This document shows positions 23,639-35,490 of a stretch of DNA of 64,000 nt, one piece after another. Within the stretch, counting starts at the first letter, position 1, and every line of letters begins with the position of its first letter. The notes beneath the pieces were generated by a model, which worked only from the letters and a program-made list of their open reading frames with translations, ran no database searches and was not told the origin of the DNA. The stretch comes from Oculina patagonica (Eukaryota): positions 14,570,001 to 14,634,000 of the forward strand of contig NC_135767.1 in assembly GCF_052425735.1 (NCBI RefSeq). Reading direction: 5' to 3'. A program made the position numbers and the translations under genes.

Positions 23639-24265
23639 TCATTGATGCTGGGGCCAACCATGCTCATTCCAAAATCCATAGTAAAAGTCAATGGTTATGA
23701 TCTCCTTGACATAGGAATACTTTATCCCAAATTGCTTTTCCTCGGAAATGATCGCTTCTACCCGCTTGTCGCCCTTTATCTTGCGAGCTAAGAAATTTTC
23801 TTTTACGAGCTGTTGGTCAGTTAGGTCGTTAAACACCTTTCTCACGCGCCTTTCTTTGGTAAAAGCAAATACACAGTTCTTTCTTGTCTTCACAGTGATA
23901 AGGCCAAAACTTGTACGGCTTACCAAACTCTCTAACACATTAAAGAGCTCCATTGGCAATCTATCTTCCACTATGACTTGCCATGGATGCTTTACAGCAC
24001 ATCTCGGGGTCATCCGACGCCGGAACTGTTTTATCCAGCACATCGCTTGCCTTCGGACAAGTGGAAACAAATCGCCAACAATGTGCTTCAAACCGATTTG
24101 GCCGCGGCTTAAATAGCGCTTCGAAACCGGTTCTGCCAAAATTTTCATTTCTTCAAAAGCATCCTTAATGTCTTTCTGGTCGATTCCTTGTGCTCTGAGT
24201 TCAGCTTCGGCAATTTCTAAAGCATTTCTTACAGTGTCTACAAATATGTTCATTTTGTCCGCCAT
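23639..24265 (-). CDS. Transposon-borne hypothetical protein, 208 aa, convergent with the transposase
   Basis: Uninterrupted ATG-initiated ORF with protein-like composition; start context CCAAGATGGCGG, 105 bp inside the right terminus. Confidence 0.7.
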   Translation of the reverse strand: MADKMNIFVDTVRNALEIAEAELRAQGIDQKDIKDAFEEMKILAEPVSKRYLSRGQIGLKHIVGDLFPLVRRQAMCWIKQFRRRMTPRCAVKHPWQVIVEDRLPMELFNVLESLVSRTSFGLITVKTRKNCVFAFTKERRVRKVFNDLTDQQLVKENFLARKIKGDKRVEAIISEEKQFGIKYSYVKEIITIDFYYGFWNEHGWPQHQ

Positions 24266-24947
24266 CTTGGTTCAGGTTTGTTTAGCTTTGGGGCTAGGCC
24301 GCTGACCCAAGTCACCCAACCCTTGCGCCTGCTGTCGTGGCCGGATTTGACCTATTTTTTTCCCAGCGTGGTCACGCGAGTATAGTTCAGAAAAGTATCC
24401 TATCATTAATATTGTCAACTGGTTTTATGTCGTTTTTGAGTTATTTTTATGTTTTGTTGTTACCTTGTGCTTCGCATCCATGTTAAGCATTGTTTGCAAG
24501 CACGATCGATCTGCCCGCGCCCTAGCCAAACAGTTACGTTTTAATCATCACGTTTTGTTTAAAACTCAGGAGAAGTCTGCAGTCAAAATGATGGCGGTTG
24601 TTGTATGTTTGTTTCTTGTGTGTTATGGCGTCTTCTTGCGTTGTAGTTTTGTTTATATTTTTAGTGATCACAAATCATGCAATAATCCCCAATACAGGGT
24701 ACCTATTCAGGTTTTGAAATCCGCATGTAACCCGTTAGCTTACGCCGTGTTCAAGAGAGACATTAAGAAAGAGTTTAAAAAGCTGATCTGTCATAAAAAA
24801 ATGAAAAAAAATCAGTAGCTTTCATAAAGAGATAATGTTTATTTGTCAATATGGCATGTTTGACTCCAATCTAATTAGCCTTAGTTATATCTGGTCTTGA
24901 ATGGGACTTATTAATATTCATGAAAAAATTGGGACCAGAGAAGGAAG

Positions 24948-25004
24948 TCCGGATAATCGAGAAATCCGGATAATCGAGGTCCGGATAATCGAGGTTCGAC
25001 TGTA
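24948..25004 (-). mobile_element. Tc1/mariner-type (Tigger-like) MITE terminus
   Basis: Three TCCGGATAATCGAG repeats ending GGTTCGACTGTA (reverse complement TACAGTCGAACC); flanked by duplicated AATATTCATGAAAAA. Confidence 0.55.
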
Positions 25005-25958
25005 CTGGGAATATTCATGAAAAATTGAACGGAAAATCAAAGAGATAAAGATTAAGGAAAACTAATATAAATTAATCACCTTGTGTTCGAGTCATTAGAC
25101 ATAAAAGCGTAGCATAAAATGTGAAAACAAACGTTCTTGATGAAGATTTGTAATGTACTGGAGAAATCCATTTGTACTTCTAAATAAACGGCATAAACAA
25201 ACGTTGTGTTCATTCCTTTAGTTTACAGAACCTTGTAGAGAGGTTTACAGAATCTTGTAGACTAAGCTAACGGCGTTATGCTCAGTGCAAAATAATTTCC
25301 ATGCGTCTTAACAGAACGAAAACCATGGGGAGGAGTTCCGTCCACCCCCCCCCCCCCTCCCCCTTTGTACCACGATGGGGATATGAATTTGCTTGTACGT
25401 CCGAGGGTTAACATCATTCATTACCATTAAAATTAAAAAAAAAGAAGAACAAGAAGAAATAAAAAATTAATGACATGTTATCTGACGAAAGAGACGGGGA
25501 AGAAAGGGAAAGGATCGAATTAACACTGTTTGATACGTTAGGAAGTTTGGCAAATCAATTTCAGGATGTCAAATTGGGAGCGTAATTTAAAACATCAAAG
25601 AAAAATTGATGAAGTCACTGATGTTTACAGCTGTATGTAAATACTGAAATAAGTAATTCAAACCCTTGAAGGAAATTTTGCAGTCATTGTTTACGATATA
25701 AAGGATTTGCCTCTGTTTTCAATATTGTGCATCAATCGATTTGGTTGAACTCTATCTCAGACAAGAAATACAAAAGCAAGTCATACGAATTGAATGGGAG
25801 GTGTGAACATCGAAAAAGCCAATTGATGCTAGCATCATTACTGTGGTTGGAAGTTAAAAGAAAACCCATAAAAACGTCAAACTCAACATGTTAAAACGTC
25901 AATCAAAATCGTTAACTCGTCACTGATGTTTTCAGCTTGTTGGTATTTATAGACTTAA

Positions 25959-26902
25959 GGTCGCGGGGGATACCTACAGCATGAATAAATTCATGAAGGG
26001 AAATTTTGCTTGACCTGCATCTTTTAAAACGCTTATTTCTCAGCTGTTATGGGTGCGATTAAGCTCAAATTTTACAGAGACATAAAGAATTGATGAAAGA
26101 TTGTGAATGTCGTCTTTTATCTGGTAGATTGCATTTAACGTCGATGTTATAGCCTCGTGAGTGCCAAATTGGGAAAAACATGGTTTTGTGGCAGAGTTTG
26201 CGGAACGAGTAGAAGACAGCACACTGGGATCTTGTCAAAAACTAATCAGTCAATACCTCTAGAGTGTCATAACAGAAGCGGATTTTTAAATTTAAAGTTT
26301 GCCAGCAAATTACGGCGGTTTAAGTGAGCAAATTTGAATTTAATGTCTTCTACCTCTTTCTAAAAGCGCTCTTTTAAAATTCCGCTTCTGTTATGACACA
26401 TTACAGTATTCATAGTTTACCTATCTGCAGTGACAAGTCATGAAGTTCTGTATCCGTGCTGTATTCTCTGCCACAAAATTGTCGGAAAAGTCAAAACTTT
26501 GAGATTTCCGAAGGTGTCCCGACCTAAATACGATCATTTTGCCAAGGAGAGATGTAATTATGGTAATTATATTCCACGCTTTTACAGCGAGAACAATGCG
26601 TTTTTTAATAGGACACGATTGTTTATGCCGAATATTTTTGTGATTAGTCTGAGTTGCAGAAATATTCAAATTTAAATGAAAATAAGCTCAAAGACTTCCT
26701 ACAATCTATATGAACGTATATCGCTAAGTGTTGTTTAAATTGGTTAAAATATCAAAGAAACAGGAATTTTTTACAAATCACGCGCACGCGCCCATATTTT
26801 TATCCATAAATATCTCGTTAAGTTGTCGATGTCAGTCGTTGTACTTCGTGCATACGCTTTAAATAAATGCATAATGATGAGCCTAAGGTGTCCCCCGCGA
26901 CC
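25959..26902. mobile_element. Non-autonomous DNA transposon with TTAA TSD, Kolobok-like (GG..CC termini)
   Basis: TIR GGTCGCGGGGGA(T/C)ACCT; TTAA on both sides; internal inverted repeat 26264-26399; empty site in the paralogous module near 3555. Confidence 0.82.
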
Positions 26903-27806
26903 TTAAAACAAGAGAACTTGACGTCTTTGCGCATCCCGACATAATGGTGAAGACTGTTTTATCCATTCATTGCTGGCGATACGTTTATCACTTGATGGTT
27001 CAAACAGACCTCCAATTACAAATATTGAGACGAATGTAGGGCGTAAATATCAATCAAGAGCTGTTGGGTAATTACGTTATCACTGCTTGATTGGTTAGAG
27101 GCTCAGTAAGCCGATAAAATTAATATGTCAAACTCTGCACGTCAAAACTATAATTTCAATTTAAAATGAGAAGTTACGAATGGGAAGTATATTTTTAAAG
27201 ACACTTAACTAAAAGCATCTGCGGCAAAATAGACTGTTTCAATAAATAGACAGCAAAATAGACCGTCTTTGGTGGCAGATTTTATAGTAGAAACAAGAAA
27301 AACTGCTGATATTGCTGATGTGAAGGATTTACCTCAGATTTAACTAAAAACGTGTATGACCTGAATAGAAACTTAGACAACAAGTCGCATAACTTGGAGG
27401 CCGGCATATCGAAAAAACGCTGCATAGAGCTTGGGTCATAACAGTTTACTTGGTTAGGAGAAAAGAAAACCACTGAAAAAGTCGTACTCGTCTGTCAAAA
27501 CGTCAATTGAAAATCTTTTTGAGGAGACTTATGTTTTTACCTTTAGACGATATCTACCAGTGTGGATGTGGAAAATTTGCAAGCGCAACTGATGACATCG
27601 CCTGATATCAATTATTTACACAACGTTAGGAACTTGTGCGTAGTTAGATGTCATTTGAAAAACGATGCATTATAATTAGTTGAGACCAGATGGTTTATAA
27701 AAACAACCTTTACACAAACAGGATAAAACAACACTTTTTCCGTCTTTCTTTCGCCTTCGGTGGTCATCAAGACAACTTGAACTCTTTTCTAAAGTGTAGC
27801 GGGAAA

Positions 27807-28652
27807 ATGAAAACATGGTTCTGGATTCTTGGCTGGTTTCTTTCCATCCTGACGATGACTGGAAATGGATTTGTTATCTTAATTGTTTGCAGGAAGCGGG
27901 AGCTTCGCACCAAAACCAACGCGTTCATCGTTTCATTAGCAGTAGCTGATTTCTGCGTGGGTATGAGCTCAGTTCCTTCGCTGTTCTTTTGCGAAATGGT
28001 GAGTGGGTGCAACACGCAACGTCTGCTAGCTGATGGTATTGACTTTATAAGGTGGCTATTCTTGTACCCATCCGCAGCGAACTTGTGCAGCTTAGTACTG
28101 GATCGCTACATCGCCGTCGTAAAACCTTTACGATACTTGATTTTTATGAAGCGCCGTCGTGTCATTCAAATGATTTCCTTATCTTGGGCAATCCCAGTTG
28201 CTTTTGTTGTGTTTGTATCATCACTGTGGCTTAGTATAAAAATACCTCTTATCTTTCATATTATCGGTTGGTTGTGTATGCTTCTAGAGCTACCCTTATG
28301 TGTTATTTTAATATTTTTCTTTGCCTCCATGTTGCATGTTATTTACAAGCACGCCCTATCTGTCCGTACCCTAGCTAAGCAGTTACGTTTTAACCATAGA
28401 GTTTTCGTTAAAGCTCAAGAGACGTCTGCAGTTAAAATGATGGCAGTTGTTATAGGTTTGTTTCTGCTGTGCTACGGATTGCTTTTGCGTTGTAGTTTTG
28501 TAATGATTCTTAGTGATTACAAGCCTTGCAATGATCTACAATATAAAGTACCTATTCTGCTTTTAAACTCTGCCGTTAACCCGATAGCTTACGCCGTCTT
28601 CAAGAGAGACATAAAGATGGAGTTTAAAAGACTGATAAATTTTGTGAAATAA
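27807..28652 (+). CDS. Class A orphan GPCR, subfamily A-like
   Basis: MKTWFWILGW start is homologous to the paralogs (the ORF extension to 27690 reads through the promoter module); DRY, NPIAY. Confidence 0.9.
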   Translation: MKTWFWILGWFLSILTMTGNGFVILIVCRKRELRTKTNAFIVSLAVADFCVGMSSVPSLFFCEMVSGCNTQRLLADGIDFIRWLFLYPSAANLCSLVLDRYIAVVKPLRYLIFMKRRRVIQMISLSWAIPVAFVVFVSSLWLSIKIPLIFHIIGWLCMLLELPLCVILIFFFASMLHVIYKHALSVRTLAKQLRFNHRVFVKAQETSAVKMMAVVIGLFLLCYGLLLRCSFVMILSDYKPCNDLQYKVPILLLNSAVNPIAYAVFKRDIKMEFKRLINFVK

Positions 28653-29044
28653 AAAAAGTGTAACTTATAAGAAACAGTCATACAACCTGTAAATTGTTTT
28701 GATGAAGGAGACAATCGAGTATTCCAACATCACCAATAAAAATGGTATCAAACAACTTTAATAGTGAATGGTATCAAACAAATTTAAAAAGCAATAGATT
28801 GTTAGTCAGATTACTGACACTACATATGTAACAGGAGAATAAGATGTTAAAAATATATATTGAAACGGCTGAACTGAAATAATATTTCCTTGTCTTGAGT
28901 ATAAAAGAAAATACATCTGTCCTTTTCGCGATATGCGACGCATGAAGCCTCAATATATAACTCAACAAGCGAGATATAAAAAGGGAATTCCGATTTTGTA
29001 AACTGTGAATCGCTCTTTACGATGGTTTGTTATCTGCAAGTAAG

Positions 29045-29205
29045 CTCTCTCCACCCAGGTGTATAAATGCTGCAGGGAGGGGGGAGGGGGGACCCTGCGA
29101 TGGACTAGCATCCCATTCAGGGGGGAGTAGAAATATTCCTAGCCGCTTAATGCTACGGAAACCGGGATAAGCTCTGGCAGTGTGGGCCGCATGGCTCGTG
29201 GCTTC
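29045..29205 (+). mobile_element. SINE fragment (V-domain-like core)
   Basis: CACCCAGGTGTATAAATG..CCCTGCGATGGACTAGCATCCCATTCAGGGGGGAGTAG..GGAAACCGGGATAAGCTC resembles the V-SINE central domain (recalled consensus). Confidence 0.6.
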
Positions 29206-29662
29206 CCCTTTATTATCCCTTAGTATATCTTAAAAAACGATTTTCACATTCGTTAAGTTGACATGGCAAATGTTTCGTCCCTCGTTCAATTTGTCCTTCC
29301 AAATCTTCACACGAATATGCGCACTTTGCTGTGAAACAAGGAAATGTATTAAGACCATTCCCTTAATTGGTTGTTTTGGCGAAATTAACTATTTGATTTC
29401 GGTATCTACCTAGAGTGAAATAATAATAATATTAAAAAAATCAGTTCTATAAATAGGGGGAGTCTGGAACTACAAGGCCAGGTTTTCTAGCATCAAGACG
29501 TTGATACAAAGTCAGCATGGAGCAGATGGAGGAAGATATGATCCAAGGCATCGAAATAAATCAAAACAGATACATGCTAAAGAGGTGTGATTAGAAAACA
29601 GAGAAGAGTTTTTGAGTCCAATAGCAATGTCTTACCATTATGGGAAATGTTATTGTACTCAT

Positions 29663-30700
29663 TATAACATAGAGGGCAAAATTACTGAATGCTGGTTGGC
29701 TGAGACAGAGGGCATTTTTCCTAAATTTTGGTAATTGCCACGGGCAAAAATTCTTGATCGTGATTGGACGAACAGGAAAATTGCTCGTTTCTGATTGGCT
29801 GAGCGCGCTGTACTTCGTTGGCTTCAAGACGGCGGGATTTTGAGCAGAATTTTCAAACACAGCGCTCGCTTGTACATCGATCTTTTCGAAATTTGACTTC
29901 AGTTTCCGCAGATATCTGATGAAAATGGAATGGAAACGGGGTGATAGCTTGAAACGAAGATCCGAAAGCTGAAACAGAAGATTATTACAGTTGAAAACGG
30001 AACAAAAATTGCATCAGACACTTGAGAGTGTGCGACGATTCAAACTCATTCATAGCGGCCGGCAACTGACATCTCCTTTTCACTTCTGTCAACTCTAAGC
30101 CTCATCACTAACAACCCAGGATATAAAGGAGGACATATAAAGTTTGTTCTGTGAAAGAAGGTCAAATTTACCGGACACATTATTTCTACAAGTTTGTTTG
30201 GGGTCGTCGATTGCCTATTTCTATGTCGAGGACTGACATGCGAAGCCGCTCGCAGAGGAAAGCTTCAAAACGTGCAAACAGGTGAATAAAATTAAGCTTA
30301 CGTTTATATTGAGTGTTCGCTTTTTCAGTTGTTAATAGCTTTTTTTTATTATTTTCACGACTTTCATTCAATTCATTGCATACAACTGTCAGCGTTATTC
30401 TCTTCCGAACGTCAAGATTTGCTCGATTATGAGGAACGTTTTCGTTTCGCAAGCAAAATTAAGCTTCGCGCTGTACATAAGTTAATTATAAGCATCGACA
30501 ATTTTCAGAAAATTTTGCCCTCTATGTCATAAACAAGTAATCACATGTTTCCTCGTATAATTAAGGATTAATATCACACGTGTTTTCAGAAGTTGTGGAA
30601 ATTGCCCTCGTCGCTGCGCGACTCGGGAAATTTCTACAACTTCTGAAAACACGTGTGATATTAATCCTTAATTTTACTCGGCCCCATGCGATTACCTATA
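29663..30700. mobile_element. Interspersed repeat with a long subterminal hairpin; boundaries approximate
   Basis: ~35-bp stem ATCACACGTGTTTTCAGAAGTTGTGGAAATT..AATTTCTACAACTTCTGAAAACACGTGTGAT at ~30573-30659; several CTGATTGG motifs at the left end. Confidence 0.5.
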
Positions 30701-31868
30701 CGAAACATCTTTGTTGCCATCGCTCTATTCAAAATTTGCACGTTTGCCCGGTCAGACACAGGAAATTCGACAAAGTGTCCCACTTAGGTAAACTGAGGCA
30801 ACGAGAAACTCGTGGTTGCTGGTTGGCATTTCTTCAGAAACTGACAACAGTAACACATTAAAGGCAAGACAAAAAAGCCTTGAAAAGAGATCTTGAGACC
30901 TTCATTTTAGTGACTGTAAATTTTTGGTTAATATTTTCTACGGCTAAAGGTTAAAAAAATTTCAATTTGTACGCCAAACGGGGACATTTTTGGCAGTTTT
31001 AGGGCTAACGGGTAACCCCATTGAGACCCTCCTAAAGGGGTCATTACTTGCGGTGTCAAAAAGTCAAATCTTCATTGGGTGACAATAATGCTTTTTCGGT
31101 GTGTATATTTTTCAGGACTCAAACTTGTTATAAGTCTCATAACGGCAGCAACATGCAATTGAACGTCGTTAAAGGCATTTGCATAAAGTTCTTAACAAAA
31201 AGGGAAAGACGTGTCTAATAACTGAGACCAGATGGTCTAAAGCAATTGCGATAAAATAACGCTTTTTAGATAATTGTAGATACCCATTTTTTGTTAATCA
31301 TTATCGTCTATACAGTGTAGCTGGAAAATGAAAAACTGACTCTGGATTCTAGTCTAGTCTCCTCTTTATCTCCTTGAATTCGTCTATTTCAATACGCCAT
31401 CGTTGTTTGCTTGGTTTTATCGAAGAAAAAAAAACACATGTCAAAACATCAGTCACAAATCTTAATTGGATGACTATATTTTAACTTTATAAATAACTTA
31501 ATCATTTTTATTTGAACGAAAAAGAAAAAAAAGGTTTTGGGAGGTTGTGGAACATTTGCCTTAGATAGCTTTTAAAGTAAGATATTTATTTATTTTTTTT
31601 AAAAAAACGTATTTTCCTGCAAGCCCAACTGATTGTATCGACCGTTATTACTTCTTTACTTAACTGTATTAGCTTGTGCGTAGTTTATTTGAATAAGTCA
31701 AATTCGTAATCAGTAAAAATTAAGCCATGCATTATAATCAGTTGAGACCAGATGGTTATAAAACAAGCTTTGATACAAACACGATAAAACGACACTATTC
31801 CGTTCTTTTGAAATAACCGCCCTGCTTATCATCAAGATAACTGGAAATCTCTACAGTGTAGCTGGAAT

Positions 31869-32738
31869 ATGGAAACCTGGTTCTGGATTCTCGGCTGGTT
31901 TCTTTCCATTTTGACAATGTCTGGAAATGGAATTGTTATCTTCATTATTTCCACGAAACGACATCTCCGAACGAAAACCAACGCGTTCGTCGTTTCATTA
32001 GCCGTGGTTGATTTTTGTGTGGGGATGAGCTTTGTTCCCTTGCAGTTCTTCTGCGATAAAGTGAGTAGGTGCGATTCCCAAGGAATGTCTTTCAAGGTGG
32101 TAATCTTATTGTCGGAGCTGTTCTTGTACGCTTCAGCGGTCAACTTGTGCAGTTTAGTACTGGATCGCTACATGGCCGTTGTGAAACCTTTAAAATACTT
32201 GACTTTTATGAAGCGACGCCGTGTTGTTCAAATGATTTCCTTGTCCTGGACAATTTCAGCTACTTTTATTGTATCTGTTAGATCACTCAAGGATAGTTCA
32301 AAAATACCTAAGCCTCATATTATTAACATCATCGGCTGGTGTTATGTAGTTTTTGAGTTACTCTTGTGTGCTATTTTAATGTTTTGTTTCACGTCCATGT
32401 TAATTGTTGTTTGTAAACACGGCCGATCTGCCCGCACATTAGCCAAGCAGTTACGTTTTAATCACCGAGTTCTCTTTAAAACTCAGGAAACGTCTGCAGT
32501 TAAAATGATGGCAGTTGTTGTGTGCTTGTTTCTTGTGTCCTACGGGCTTTTTTTGCGTTGTAGTTTAATGCATATTTTTGGTGATCGCATTGTGTGTAAC
32601 AGTGATATGCAATACAAAGTGCCTATTGTTGTTTTAAACTCAGCTGTAAACCCTTTTGCTTACGCCGTCTTCAAGAGAGACATTAAGAAGGAGTTTAAAA
32701 AACTGATCCATTCTGTGGCCTTAACATTTTGTAAGTAA
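31869..32738 (+). CDS. Class A orphan GPCR, subfamily B
   Basis: Intact 289-aa ORF with DRY and NPFAY. Confidence 0.92.
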   Translation: METWFWILGWFLSILTMSGNGIVIFIISTKRHLRTKTNAFVVSLAVVDFCVGMSFVPLQFFCDKVSRCDSQGMSFKVVILLSELFLYASAVNLCSLVLDRYMAVVKPLKYLTFMKRRRVVQMISLSWTISATFIVSVRSLKDSSKIPKPHIINIIGWCYVVFELLLCAILMFCFTSMLIVVCKHGRSARTLAKQLRFNHRVLFKTQETSAVKMMAVVVCLFLVSYGLFLRCSLMHIFGDRIVCNSDMQYKVPIVVLNSAVNPFAYAVFKRDIKKEFKKLIHSVALTFCK

Positions 32739-33369
32739 TTTAAGCTGAAATATTCTAGCTTGTCAAGAGGAAATCATCTTCAAATCTAACAAAGTTCTTC
32801 GAGTGAATCTTTTGTCCTTGAATCAGTTATGGTATACGGCACTACATGGGCATTGCCCACGAAAGATATATTATAAAACGAAAGGAAACTAATGGATCTA
32901 ATAGAAAATATTTTTTACCTTTGTTCGAGTCAATAACATAACAGAAGTCGGAAACAATCGGTCCTTGCTTCATGAAGATTTGTAATCTACTAGATAAATC
33001 TGTTTGTACTTAAAATAAACGACTTAAACCTTGTAGTTTTGCCTTGTAATTAGTTTCATTTGAGTACTTCCCTTAAACCACTCCATGTGACGAAAGCCTT
33101 CTCTCGAAAAATAATTTATTTATTTTTCTGTTGTTGTTTTCTTCCATTATTTCACAACTTACATCTTTTTCTTTATGCGTTTTTGTTCAAAACACATACT
33201 TTCTTGTCTATTAATTATCATGCACCGTGCTCTTAGATGTTCTTGAAAAAATCGATATCCTTGGAACTTTGTAGCGTCGCAGTGTCTTTAACAGTACGCA
33301 GTGCAGTGTAACTCTATGACTGAAAGGTAATGTTCCAGACTGGTATTAAATGGTAAGGCTTGAACTCAA

Positions 33370-35040
33370 CGGTGAGGGTAAAAGGCGGAATGAGTTTGCG
33401 GAATGGCATGTGGCATGAGTTGCGGAATGGCATAATTATGCGGAATGTAATTTACGCGGAATGATTCATTGACATAAATTATACTAAAAAGCGCGCCAAA
33501 TTTTAAAAGAGAAGCCGCCTTGTTAAATACTGCTGGCTTAAACAACAAAACAACAAAAGACTGAGCAGTATGGACTAGGAACTTCCATAGAACACCGTTG
33601 TAAAGATCATTTCACCGTTCAAATCACTGATTTACGCCGAACAGAAGAAGAGAAATTATTTTCGCTATTTGCCGTGACGCCTTCCGAGGATTTGAATTAT
33701 CGACTAGGTGGCGTTGGCTGAGTACAGAGTGAGTAGTTCTGTTAACGTGAATGAAAACTCTCGTCTATTTGCCTCAAAATACAGAACGATATTCGTTCTA
33801 AAGCTACGTACTTCAAGGCAAGACACACAACTGTCAAGTTCAACCCATTTGAAGAGAAGTTTTTAAAAAGACAACGCATTTAAGTGACGTGTTGTTAGTC
33901 GCCCGCGAAATAATGTGTGACCGTGTCACTGCCTTGTCCCAGGAATCGTTTCTTTCTAAATCAAAACTTGCTAGGGGTGGGAAAAAGCTAGTGGTTTCAT
34001 TGAAGACAACTACTTTTGGTATATTTCTAGCTTTTTATTACCGCGATGAAAAGATCGTGACACGGCTTCTCCGCTGGTGTGACACTATTTACACCGCAGT
34101 GGATGTGCGTCTCGTCTTTGCGGTAAAATAAAATGTATGTTTAGCGAATTATTTTCTTTTCCTAAGAGAAAGCCAAGTATTCACAACAAGTAGGCAGTGA
34201 TAATTAATCGCCGGATTCCTTATTTGCCTTATCGGTAAATCTGCAATGCGACTGAGCTAGATTTGAAATACGATAGCTTGTTTTTACCGTGCAGTGATTA
34301 TAGTCACTATATGAAAGTTTCGCTCTACTCGTTCGGCGGTCGGTTGCCGCTTTTTTAAGTTAATGGTCAAGTCTTCCACTGAGTTTATATAGTCTTCATA
34401 CTGGGAGGCGAAAAGCTAGTCTCCTTCGCAGCCCGGCACTCGAGCCGAACCGGGAGCGTTGTGTCATTTCAGCCCGAGCGGCTGCGAAGGAGACTAACGA
34501 AAAGCAGGGCTAGTAGACTTCTAATGAAACAAATATGCCGTAGTGTTCGTAATCTCTCTGCTTTGTACCCTCTACTTACTGAGGCTGAGATGACATCCGC
34601 CAAAACTGGACTTTCTGTCTCGATGTTTTGTTTAACTTATACAGTATTTATAATAACCGCTACATGAATATTAATACAAAGATGTATCCGAGGCATAAAG
34701 ATCTACGGTCGGATGCTTTTCCGTCGCTGTTTTTATCTTTTGACTAAAAGCGATAAACCGTCCACAGAACAACAGAATGGGAAATCCTTAGCATTGGGGA
34801 AACACTAGCCGCCGAAATATTTTTCTTAGAATCCGTGAAGAACGCTATCTTCAATCGATTGTCATCATTTATAAGCCCGCAGTATTTAATAAAGCGTCTG
34901 CTCTTTAAAAATTGGCGCGCTCTTCAGTAAATTTATGTCAATGAGTCATCCCGCGTAAATTACATTCCGCATAATTATGCCATTCCGCAAGTCATGCCAC
35001 ATGCCATTCCGCAAACTCATTCCGCCTTTTACCCTCACCG
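33370..35040. mobile_element. Non-autonomous Mutator/MuDR-like element
   Basis: ~170-bp TIRs starting CGGTGAGGGTAAAAGGCGGAATG; perfect 9-bp TSD TGAACTCAA (33361-69, 35041-49). Confidence 0.88.
34417..34496. mobile_element. 80-bp MITE nested in the MuDR-like element
   Basis: 17-bp TIR TAGTCTCCTTCGCAGCC; flanks GCGAAAAGC / ACGAAAAGC. Confidence 0.75.
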
Positions 35041-35490
35041 TGAACTCAAGTATAAACTTTGATAAAAAAAATTATCTGACGAAGAGGCGGAGATGGATGT
35101 GAGATGATCAAATTAAGGCTGTTTGATTAGAAAAGAATTTTAGAAAATCAATTTATGGAAGTCGAACTCAGGCAAGAAATACGAAAACAGGTTTTTCGAA
35201 TTGAGTGAAGTGAAGGTCAAAGAAGCCAATCTAATAGTTACATCATTACTATGATTGATTGGAAGCCACGGAAACCCCAAAAGTGTCAAACTCGGCTTGT
35301 CAAAACTTCAATCAAACTCTATCCCGTCAACAAGTTGGCATTGGCTGACTTGAAATTTAAAAACCTGACGTCATTATCCATCGTGCTATGTTGTTTTCGG
35401 TTGTATTAATATCAATTAATTTTCTTGCTTCTACTTGTCCCCGCTACACGTCCTCTCAGTGTGAACAACGCATTATTTTGTCGTTGCTAC

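Larger units (their letters stand above)
20036..24370 (+). mobile_element. DNA transposon with CAC..GTG termini, a RAG1/Transib/CMC-like transposase and a convergent second ORF
   Basis: Ends CACGCTAGGA / TCCCAGCGTG; GT duplicated on both sides (20034-35, 24371-72); precise interruption of a GPCR codon frame. Confidence 0.88.
19624..24818 (+). pseudogene. Subfamily B GPCR split by a 4.3-kb transposon; also a TGG>TAG stop at 19999-20001
   Basis: Removing 20036-24372 restores the frame: VFVKSREYSSEKYPIINIVNWFYVVFELFLCFVVTLCFASM, which joins ORF 24465-24818. Confidence 0.93.

Noticed and set aside
23639-24265. RAG2 ortholog
   Set aside because: Too short, with no kelch GG repeats or PHD finger; only its position and orientation resemble RAG2L.
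27690-27806. 39-aa N-terminal extension of the GPCR
   Set aside because: The ATG lies in the CAGATGG E-box; homologous regions in paralogs are not open in frame.
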